A DNA stretch of 64,000 nucleotides from Chlorokybus atmophyticus (taxonomy: Eukaryota; Plantae; Mesostigma and Chlorokybus algae), in contig RHPI01001168.1 in the NCBI GenBank assembly GCA_009103225.1, forward strand, positions 604,424 through 668,423, read 5' to 3'. Numbering within the stretch: the stretch's first letter is position 1; every line of letters begins with the position of its first letter. This document shows positions 12,651 to 23,162 of the stretch, piece by piece. The position numbers and the translations under genes were made by a program. The notes beneath the pieces were generated by a model that saw only the letters and a list, made by a program, of their open reading frames with translations, had not been told where the DNA came from and ran no database searches.

Positions 12651-15600
12651 CTAGCCCCCCCCGCCCTCGCGAGTGCCGCCGCGAGTGCGACGCGCGTCTC
12701 TTGTATACCAAACCATGCGACGGTGGACCCGCGGTAGTAGCGGTGGTCCGCGGCGGACTCGGGGTAGATCAGGCGTCGCTGCGATAGAGGGACCTCGCGC
12801 ATGGGGACGCCCGCAGCGAGCCAGCGGGAGAGAAGCTCGGGACGCGGCACGCAGAGAGCGTGAGTGGCGCCGCACGCGTCTTTGGTGGCGCGGAGACAGA
12901 GGGAGAGGAGGAGGGCCTGAGAGCAACGAGTGTAACAGACACGATGTTGAGCAAGTTGCAAGGGAATGCGATGGCCTTCGTGTGAAGTGATGTGTACCGG
13001 ACACCGTGCGTGTAACCTGATAGTGGGTGGGTGTGGATATGTGGATGCATGTGGGTGATAGTATGGGCTTTGCCTGTACCTGGGATACCAGCAGTCGGTC
13101 TATTGGAGGGGCCTGCGGTGTGCTTCTCGGTATCTGCAGACCCCACAGCTCCACCACGCCCTCGTACGCGTGTTGCTGGTTTGGGTCCTCGCCCCACGGG
13201 TCCTCATCCAGTTCCCACACGCATGTGCGCACGTACTGCGTCCCCTCTGTCGCCATCAAGCACCCAACTGAGAAACAAACAAGACGACGGTGTTGAGCAT
13301 GCGCACGAGCAGATGCATACTCGTGTGCGTGTGCGCGCGCGCGTGAGTGGGTGTGGGCATGCTTGCGCATGCGCAAGGTTTTGGTTCTATGGTGCTGCGT
13401 AATGTATCCACACAACAGCAAATCATCCTCACAAGCAGCCATACATGGAATCCACCAAGACATACCGAGTGCATCCCCATGCGACGTGGCGCGTGCAACA
13501 ATATACACCCCCTTGTCCCCAAATCCATCCCCAGCTGTTCCCAGGAGTGCCGCGACGGCTGGGTCGTCGCGCCCCACCGCGTTCAACGTCAATTGCACGC
13601 CGTCAGGAAGCCACAGCACCAGCGGGGAAGCCGTCTGAGAATTGATAAACACACGTGAGGGAGAGTGTGGGCGTGCGAGTGACGCGACGAGGGCGGGTAT
13701 ACACACCTCTTTAGGGGAGGTGAGAGGGCTTTGGGAAAGTGTCTCGGTAGCGAAGCCTTCTCCGTTGCGTGTGCACGACTGTGCTCTCGTGTTGTTGTTG
13801 TTGTTGTTGATGTTGTCTTCACGACCGCTCGTGCACGGGCTCTCGCACACCGTTACACACAAGGCCGGAGAGCTCACACAGACCGTTCTGCAGTCGATTG
13901 GCACTAGTGACTGCTTTGATGTTGGCTGCTCGGGTTTATGGCCATGTTGTGTCTTTCGCGTACACGAAGCATGAGGAGACACAACTTGCTGAGCCGGTGG
14001 AGGAGACAACGGACTGCGCACAGAGGAAGGGGACGAACAGGGAGAAGAACACAACGTTGTCCCGCCGCCGCGCGCGCGCCGCGCAGTATCATACTGCTCC
14101 CTACGCGCACGTGGACTCTTTACCCCTCTCTCTCTCTCATCGCATCGCTGCGTGTTCGCGCGTGTCGTCGACCGACTCAACAACTCGCAATACGACGGTC
14201 CCGCCTCCTCCGGCACGCGCATCACCTCTCCTTCAGGTGACGGCCTGTCCGTCCTGTTGGAGTAGACGGCGTTGCGTACGCGGCTGGCGTGCGACGCGTA
14301 CTTGAGCGTGTTGTGAGTCTCGTCGAAGTCCAACTCGGAGGGACTCACGCAAGCGATCAGGACGGTGCGGGCGTTGCCGCCCAGACTGTCCTGCAAAGCC
14401 CTGGAAAAGGAGAGCTGTGGGTTCGAGAGAAAGAAGACACGGCGACGCTGCGTGTGCGCGCGCGTGCACGCGCATGTACATGTTTGGGTGTGTACTTGCA
14501 AGCATGCAAGCACGTTTGCATGTACATGCACACTTGTATGTGTAGCAACCATATTGTAGGCACAAGCGTGTGCATGTGCGTGTGTGCGCATGCGCGTGTG
14601 GTCATGTGCATGTGTGTGCATATCTGCGCACATGGGCATATCTGCATGTTTGCCTATTGCACACACCTGCACCTATATGTGGGTGGGTGCATCTTGCTCA
14701 TTGCTCAACCCACCCACCTCGTGAGTTTGCTGCTTCGATACGGTATGTGCGCCGCCCTCTTCCTCTCCCCGTACTCGCTGCACTCCGCGAGCGCGTTGAT
14801 CACGTTCCCCAACGCAAGCAGCCCCGCGTTGATATGCGAAGCCTCCCTCAACGCGTCGCCCGTCACGCCACTCCGCTTCACGCGTTCAGAACCCGCCAAG
14901 TCCACAAGCTGAAGTTTCGCAAAGGAGGTGTGGGTGTGTGTGACCAACACCTCGATGGTGAATATGGCGTGGGAGCGGCTGCTGCTGTCGTTCAGGCGCG
15001 TGGTGGCGGTCATGCGGGAGAGGGAGGAGCGAGCGAAGAAGGAGAGGAGGTCGTGTTGGGTGGAGACCACGTGACGGCGGAGACCGGATACGCCGCCGAT
15101 GCCGCCTTCAAGGAATGTCAAAGATCTGAGAGGAGAGAGGATGGGCAGAAACGTCAGCATGATGAGCATGTTGGGGAGACGACACACGCACGGGTTGACA
15201 GACAGACACACCGAGACATACGTGCACGCACACGCGCACAGAGACATGCATGCACCCGCACAAAAGGAAACAATGCATGCATGCACACGCGCACATGCGA
15301 GCATGTGCACACATACGCACACCAGGCCACCTGCTGGGTGTGGAAGGGCACGCCAGATCATGCAGCTCCTCATTGTATATCTGCGCCGCGCTAGCGGTGA
15401 GCACGACCTCCGCGCACTCGCCGCTCTCCTTCTGTAACACATCACATCCGACACGTCACACTCATGCCCTCAACAACAACCCAACAACACCCACCCACTC
15501 AACATGTCGTCATCCTCACCCGCTCACTGGCGATGGTGCAAACGGCCCTCACTACCCGCTGCAACAGACCCTCGTCGCACACGCCATCGCGCGTGGGTCC

Positions 15601-16290
15601 ACCCGCCATCGTGTGCGTCTTGCCCGAGCCCTGTTGGAGGGTTCGGGTGGGTGTGTCGGCACATGTTGTGCGTGTGCATGTGTGTGCGTGTGCATGTGTT
15701 TGCTTACTGTTTGGCCGTATGCTAGGATGGTTGCGTTGAACCCGTCAAATAGGCCGGCCACGAGTGGCGCGATGCACTCGTCGTATATGTGGCCCTAAAC
15801 AACAGTGAACACTTGTGGGCTTTAACCTCTTAACTGCGTGGTTTGCGCTGTGCGAATGCTGAGTGTGTGTGTGTCCCTACTGTGGTGTGGTGGGGGCCGA
15901 AGCAAGATCCAAACGGGAAGGAGCGATGAGACACATGCAGCTGCAGATGAGCCTGCATAACACAACTTTCTGTACTACGTTGCAGTAGTCGGCACTCGTT
16001 TGACCCACCATAACAGACGATACTGCACAACATGCTTCGTGCGTGCGTGCATGTGCAATGCTCCACCCACCCACCCACCCACCCACTCACCTCGTTGTCC
16101 ACAGGTCGCAGCACCACCCCCTTCCGCGTCACCGCCACGCACTCCCTCGCCCCCGCCCCCTCCTCCCGCTCCGACATCGGCCGCACCCGGACGCACGTCC
16201 GGACGTCGCCGTCGGGATCCGCGCCCTGCTCGCGCCAAGACTTGGAAGGGGGGGAGGAGTGGCGGGCGGGAGCGGGTGATGAGGGGACGG
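12651..16290 (-). CDS. Kinesin motor protein, kinesin-4-like, with non-coiled-coil tail; 5' end unresolved
   Basis: [20 protein letters not shown]|GSGKTHTM (P-loop), [57 protein letters not shown]|[20 protein letters not shown]. The LALGNVI and YNEE motifs are typical of kinesin-4. The start lies upstream of 16290. Confidence 0.88.
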
Positions 16291-17374
16291 ACCTGATGGG
16301 GAATGGGGGAGGTGTCAAGTGCGTTGTTGATTGCGAGAGAGTGTGCTGTAGTACTCCGATCCCATGCTTTGAGTATGCGCGCATGCGTGTGGGCATGCGA
16401 AAAAGCGTGCGTGCGTGCGTGCGTTGCGTTGCGTTGGTATGCTGTCAATTGAACAGCCAAGAAGTCAGTAGATTCACAATGACAGCTGTATCTGCTCTTT
16501 GAGACACGCTGCTTGCAAGTGCACGATCGCTTCACGCCAGACAGCATGTCACTGGCACGCACGATGTGGCTTGTTGAGCACCATAAAACCCAGCAGCAGT
16601 CGACTCACCATGATACTTGAAATGCATTGCGAAGTGTATCTACCTTGCTGGCGGTGCTGATGAAGGTCGGGACTGTCCGCCAGCATAGTGCATGGGTACC
16701 CGACCCATATGTGGCCCCACCAACTCACCGCAACAGTCAACACAACGATACCATAATCAACACACTTTTCCGAGAGCTATACACGTCCCTTATGATTGTC
16801 CGTTGTGAATTACGCTTGAACCCTTGTGGTGTGATGTCGCACAAGATACCGCACAACAGCAGAACAGATCAATCGGGCACACACAAGACAAGAGAGAGCC
16901 AGCATCAGCTGCGACTAAGTGACTACAAAAGCCAATGCCTCTGTATGTGTGGGTTCAACAATGTGCATCGCAGAGAGAAGTGAAAAGGTGGGAACACACA
17001 CATTGCGAGCTCTACTACTCTGCTTACACACAGACACCGCCGTGCCACAGGACTTGCGCGGCAGCAAATTTTTTAAATAATAATCCTGTCTGTGTCTTGT
17101 AGTCAAAGCTTGCGCCGACCGTCCGATGACGCTGATTGCCGGCGCGGATGCGACCGACGTTCGACAGTGCGTCGTTGACTTAAGCTGTATCAGCGCTAAA
17201 AGGCGAATTGAAGGTGTCATCATGGGTCCCTGAACCGACGGCGTTGCCCCTCATGTTACGAGTCATCAATGAGTCATCATCAGGTTACGCGGGTCGTCTG
17301 CCGTTGGAGGGCGGATGGGATGCACGCTATGAACAGAAAGCGGCAAAAGTGAGTTTGCGGGGAAGCTCCTGTGT

Positions 17375-17446
17375 TATCGGAGCTTGGTTTCGATCCAAGG
17401 ACCTGTGGGTTATGGGCCCACCACGCTTCCACTGCGCCACTCCGAT
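17375..17446 (-). tRNA. tRNA-iMet: Initiator tRNA-Met (CAT)
   Basis: 72-nt reverse complement ATCGGAGTGGCGCAGTGGAAGCGTGGTGGGCCCATAACCCACAGGTCCTTGGATCGAAACCAAGCTCCGATA. It has the A1:T72 pair, anticodon CAT, the GATCGAAA T-loop typical of eukaryotic initiators, and a TTTT run about 27 nt downstream. Confidence 0.97.
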
Positions 17447-17876
17447 GCGCATAGCACAACATGCATAATTGCTTATTTTTGGCTGTTTATCAAAGGACGC
17501 AGAAAATCATGTCGCATAGCTCCATTGCCTGACGTCCTTGTTGCCTTGTTGGGCTACTTGTGCTGAGTCACCCCAAGTTGGTGCTTGAAGTCGTATCAAT
17601 GTCATGCAACATGCCTTCAAGGCTGTCTCCCACAGCGATTAACCACAAACGCATGCACCGCCGCCCACTGACGTCACGCCAGCCTCTTATGCATGCAACA
17701 CCATGCCCGCAGCTATCAACACCAGCATGCAACTTTAAAAACAAATACCCCGGTTCTCCGTCGGATCTACCTCACACGTACTGTATTACAAGTTACATAT
17801 AATACTCTGCACAAAATCCCAGCGCCAGCGCCAAGTGCAGTAGCGCAGCCCAACCCGCATGTTGTTGGTATGTCCG

Positions 17877-20217
17877 TCATGAAAAGACGCCAAATCCAAC
17901 TATTAGGCCAAAGGAGATGGGAAGCATCGACGAGCTCACAGCTTTGCTCAGCACGTCGCTTGGGAACCCTGTGTTGTCAACAATAGGGTGAGACAATAGT
18001 GCATGCTGTGTTGAGTGACGCAACAACGCAAAGCATACACACGCACACGTATGCAAAGACGCTGCGCACGCACGCACGCACGCACGCACAGACGAAGACA
18101 AGTACTACTGTCGCCAGTACCTCACTTGCAAATATCGACCACGGCGATGCAACACATGTACGCACGCACACGCACACAACAGCCCACCCCCACCCCTACC
18201 TTTCTGATAGATCTCCACCGCGCTCGCATACAGCGGCACGAGCGCTCCCGCCATGCACGCCGAGAACGCGATCGTTGCCGGTCCGTACGCCGCCACCATC
18301 ACGGTCACGATCCCCAGCATGACCACCGCGGCGAGTAACCCTCCCCTTTGACCGAACAACACGGGCAGAGTCTTGACGCCCGACAAGCGGTCGCCCTCGA
18401 TGTCGTTCAGGTCCATCAGCACCTCGCGGAACATGATGGTGAGGAAGGTGAAGGAGGAGGGGAGGACCAGCTTGGAGAGGGAGGAGGGGCCACCTGAGGG
18501 GGGAGTTGGGGTCAGTGTGGGGTATTGGGTGTGGGGTCTTAGAGGTGTTGGGGGAAGCGGAAGGGGAGTCTGATGTGGGCGCGTGGTGCGATGGGTTACT
18601 GTTGTGTCCTAGTGCGAGTATGGAAGTTCGAGGGAAAGCATGTCGGGAGGAAAACAATAGTGGTGATGATGATAACGGTGTTACCAATAACGACAGCAGT
18701 CATGAAAACGAAAATGATAATCATAATAGTTAAAATCAGGTAAACAGTTTAACCCTTGAGAGTGTGAGTGTTTGTACCTGCAACGAGTCCTCCTGCGAGT
18801 ATGGCGCACGCGACCGTTGTTGCCACGGCTGCATTCTTGAGTAGCGGTATCCGTTTCAGTAGCGGCGTGTACACGTACGTGACCATGGCTGCTGTGGACA
18901 CGAGTAGTCGCGCCGCGCGTAGGTCGAGCCACGAGGTCGCGAAGAGCGTGACGGCGAACGCCGTGGCGGAGGTGAGTAACGCACCCTCCGCGCCAACGGT
19001 ACCGCGGACAAGAGGCTTGCCGGGAGCGTTCACGCCGTCCGCGCCGGAACGGTAGTCGAAGTAGTCGTTGAGGATGTTGGCGGCGCAGGTGATCATCGCG
19101 GAGAGACCGGCGACGACCCACACGGAGGCGTTGCCGAAGACAGCCCTCAGGTTCCTGTGGATGGTGGTGGTGGTGGTGTTGGTCTACTGTGTGCAAGCGC
19201 GTGCATATACTTGCCTGCGCACACACGCACGTGTGTACGTACATGGTGGACACACACGCGTGTATGCACGTCCACGTGCACGTGCATGTGGTATCTGACA
19301 TGCGATTTGTCCTTGTAAGCACTGCACTAGTCCCTTGCGCAGCTTCATTGGTCCATTACCCACAATAGCAAGCTACCTTGCATTGAGTGCTGCTTGTGTT
19401 GTTATGAGACCACTTGACAATGCTGACTGTGCGCAAGTCACGCTCGCACCAAGTCCTCCAATGTGGATGACTGTGCCAACCAAGCTGTTCCACAACAAAA
19501 ATGGTGTCGTGCAGCAGCGCACCTGCTTGAAAGCCAGGCGCCGAGGAAGACGAGTGTGGCCGATGGGGCGTAGTTGACCAAGCGAGCCATGGCGATATAA
19601 CCTTTCAGCTGCTCCCCTGCATCTGCCGCCACTGTCGCTGCCGTTGTCGCGCTCGTGATGCTCTCACTAGACCCACCACCCACGCCGCCACCGCCGCTAC
19701 TGCTGGCTGCGGCTGTGCATACCGTCATTGCACGCCTACTGCAGATTACGAACACTTGGTATGCGTATGTGTACGTGTATGTACGTAGATGTATGTTCGT
19801 GAACACGCAGTCTTGTGTTGCTGTGTGACTGTTGTGTGTACACAGCCAGCACCAGCTTGACGACAACCAGCTGTTCACGCAAGTAGAATACAATACTTAT
19901 CCTGTTGTGCACTGCTGTGGGAACTGCAAAGGTTGCAGATGGCACCAAGTTCTTGTGTAGAGTCACAGTTGACAGCATCATACACAGGCGGGGGGATAAA
20001 GTGACCAAGGCACCTACCTGTGTGAAGGTAGACCCGAGTCTTGTTCTCTAAGTTTAGGCGCTTTGCACCTTCTCCCAGCGAAGCTCCATCTCAGAGTGGG
20101 CGGCGGCGGCAGACAAGAGCAACGCCGCCGCCGACCAGGAGAGGCACGAGGACAACTCCGCAACAGCAGCGGCGGCGTTGCTATCGCCGCCGCTGGCGTC
20201 AACGCCACAGCTACCAT
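17877..20217 (-). CDS. UbiA-family prenyltransferase with plastid-like transit peptide
   Basis: Five exons. Aspartate-rich motifs AANILNDYFDYRSGADGVN and MFREVLMDLNDIEGDRLSGVKTLP, several hydrophobic helices, and an Ala/Ser/Arg-rich N-terminus from ATG 20217. Confidence 0.88.
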
Positions 20218-21468
20218 GGCAGAAAACTCAGACAAAGGCTACTTCCGCCTCTCCTCCGCCGCCGCCGCTGCGCGCGGATTGGTGTCGATGCCCCGGTCGC
20301 TGGCGGTGTCGTTGCGGTTGTGGGTGGGAACACACACATCACACTGCTCAGTTGTGCGCACCCGCCACACGTCGCGAATCCACGTCAGCCGCGCCTCTCA
20401 AACATTAAGACGACGCTCCGTGCCAGATGCATGCAGGCTTATGGCGCCGTGTAAGATAGCAGCACAGTATCTGATTATCTGTAGGCCAGATGCATTCCAA
20501 TAGCAAGCATCAGCACCAAGCACCAGCACAGCAATGACTCTTATAGCAAGGGCATTGCAAGACTATATCTATGTGCACCGCCTTATTAAGTGCGTGCAAG
20601 TGGGGTTTGGGAGGGGGGAGGGACAACCAACTAATTAACATGCGGAAAGCAGCGCCAGACGGTACAGTATGTCATTCGTCTAGCCCACGACACTAGAATA
20701 GGCCTACTCCGCCATAAGGTTTTACTGATTGTGAAAGTTGATCTCAAGTAGTACTTATCCTAAAAGTGCTATTATAAGGGTATTTACTCAACATATTTCA
20801 AACAGCGTAATTAACATTTGCTCACGTATAATTACGCAACTCTTGTCACATGCATAATTTAAATTGTTTACACACTGAACTTTGATGATGCTAAATGCTT
20901 CATAAAGTTATTTGTATACATCGCTCCTTTCATGGGTCTCACACTATGCCACATGCAAGCACACATGACAATCCACTGCAGTCCCTAAAGCACAACCCGC
21001 CCACGCAGAGCTGAATTCATCAGCATGATTGTTGTTACAATGCATACAAGTACATCATAAGATGTGTGATGCAAGTGAGTAAAGTTGCAAAGCTTATAAC
21101 TACATATAATATAATGTCGTCGTCCATGTTGCCGTTGTGCATACCGCAGCCGCTCTGCACCAGGGCCTTACATATGCCTATGAGATGTCGATGTACTGCG
21201 TGCTAGCTGCTTACTTTTTGCCCCGAGGGCAAAGCCTGCTATTTCAGGGCCGAATCTTAGAGTCATAGGTCTTGCTGAGAGTGAGCTGCATATAAAGCTA
21301 TGCCTTGGCCCTCATGCAATTCATGTCTGCTGCTTGCTTTGTTCGCGCACATTGTTAACATCTGATGGCAACAGCAAATTCTAGTAAGTAGAGCAAGATT
21401 TGCTTGCTCTACATATCTGCTTGAAATTGCTGTTAGCAACTCTACCATTGGTTGTGCATGATTTATGG

Positions 21469-21973
21469 TGTAACGGGAAGGCACACTGAACAACCACAAA
21501 TCGGCAATAGAAGCAGGAAGTCTTTTTTGGTCGAGTGGGCTGTGACGTTGGTCATCGAGGCTTGAGACCCGGGTTCGATTCCTGCCCCGCACACGACTTC
21601 CGCGGTCGTTGTTTCTCGATCCTGAAACATCATCGTAAATGGTCACTTCATAAGCGTCATCATCGATGGGTTGCGACTTGCCTAACGGCAGTCGCGCCGA
21701 CGTTCAGTCGGCAAGACGCGACCTGCCTGTCGGGATGCGACCTGTGGGGCCGGCAGCGGCGCGCAATGTGCGCGTCGACTAGTACGGGCCCAATTTGGCC
21801 GGTCTTTGGCAGTAGGGCCGGTGACCGACCCTGGGAACAAACCCCTGGGAGTGGGCAGCTGCCAAGGACGTCAGCGTTCTTAAGTGGGGGGAATGTAACG
21901 GGAAGGTATATTAAATTAACCACAAATCGACAATAAAAGCACCAAGTCTATTATGGTCAAGTGGGCTGTGACA
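21469..21973 (+). mobile_element. Miniature non-autonomous LTR retroelement (TRIM-like) with tRNA-derived Pol III boxes
   Basis: LTRs 21469-21547 and 21894-21973 (TGTAAC...GTGAC[G/A]). 5-bp TSD TATGG at 21464-68 and 21974-78. PBS-like TGGTCATCGAGG at 21549. PPT AAGTGGGGGGAA at 21882-93. A box at 21528-38 and B box at 21572-82. Confidence 0.85.
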
Positions 21974-22198
21974 TATGGGTTTGTTATCCCAATATGATCG
22001 CATCAATTACATATACTTAAATAATAATATCATGCAACAATGTTTTCGTTGCCAATGTGCTCTAATGAACACCAACGCAGTTTCAAGCGCACGCATGATG
22101 TGTGTATGCTAAGCGCCATCACTTACAACATCACAACTTATCCACCGCAGTATGCTTGTAGCAAGTTACAAACGAGTGTACAAGATCCCCCGCCCCCC

Positions 22199-22563
22199 NN
22201 NNNNNNNNNNNNNNNNNNNNNNNNNNNNNNNNNNNNNNNNNNNNNNNNNNNNNNNNNNNNNNNNNNNNNNNNNNNNNNNNNNNNNNNNNNNNNNNNNNNN
22301 NNNNNNNNNNNNNNNNNNNNNNNNNNNNNNNNNNNNNNNNNNNNNNNNNNNNNNNNNNNNNNNNNNNNNNNNNNNNNNNNNNNNNNNNNNNNNNNNNNNN
22401 NNNNNNNNNNNNNNNNNNNNNNNNNNNNNNNNNNNNNNNNNNNNNNNNNNNNNNNNNNNNNNNNNNNNNNNNNNNNNNNNNNNNNNNNNNNNNNNNNNNN
22501 NNNNNNNNNNNNNNNNNNNNNNNNNNNNNNNNNNNNNNNNNNNNNNNNNNNNNNNNNNNNNNN
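22199..22563. other. Assembly gap (365 N) flanked by poly-C
   Basis: Run of N bounded by C-runs and a (CA)n tract. Confidence 0.99.
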
Positions 22564-23162
22564 CCCCCCCCCCCCCCCACACACACACACATACCGCGGT
22601 AAACAATGATCATTCAATACACGCAAGGTAATGCCTATCAATGCTTACTCTGATCTGAACTTGCTGTTGTACGCGCCTGCATAATTTTCTCTTTCTTCTT
22701 TGGTATACACATGCAAAGACCATGCGTAAGCACATAACACACATTTTCATGCAAATATACACAGCTTACAAGACCAGTCTATGCGAGTACATCATGTTCT
22801 TTTCAGACGACATGGGTGCACCGGATGCACCACGGATTTTGCAAGCGATGTACTTCGCAAGATCCCGTCCCATCAGAATTGTGGCCCGATCAATGGAGCA
22901 CCTTTGAGAATGAGGGTTGCACAGGTGCAACGCACTCCAAGAGATACGAGAAATGACCACAACCAAGCACCACCTCCATGTCACAATTGTAAAATTAGCA
23001 ATATACATAATTGCACCGCCGCGCGCTTACGGGTGTAGCACATGCTGATGTATACCAGGCTACAAAACTGTTGGAGCAATGCTATGATGCGCACTGACTC
23101 GCGGGTGAATGTAGTAGGTTGACACAAAACAATGGATACTGTGAGGGACTAGGGACTCAGCC

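Noticed and set aside
14289-15454. Long His/Thr/Ala/Cys/Val-rich ORFs here and in similar regions (e.g. 3082-3350, 6206-6612, 51928-52283)
   Set aside because: They are translations of alternating purine-pyrimidine intron tracts or the antisense strand of real exons.
21521-21592. Functional tRNA gene
   Set aside because: The D-arm and T-arm are present, but the anticodon and acceptor stems do not pair; the segment straddles an LTR boundary.
22040-22641. ORFs spanning the N run
   Set aside because: Artefacts of the assembly gap.
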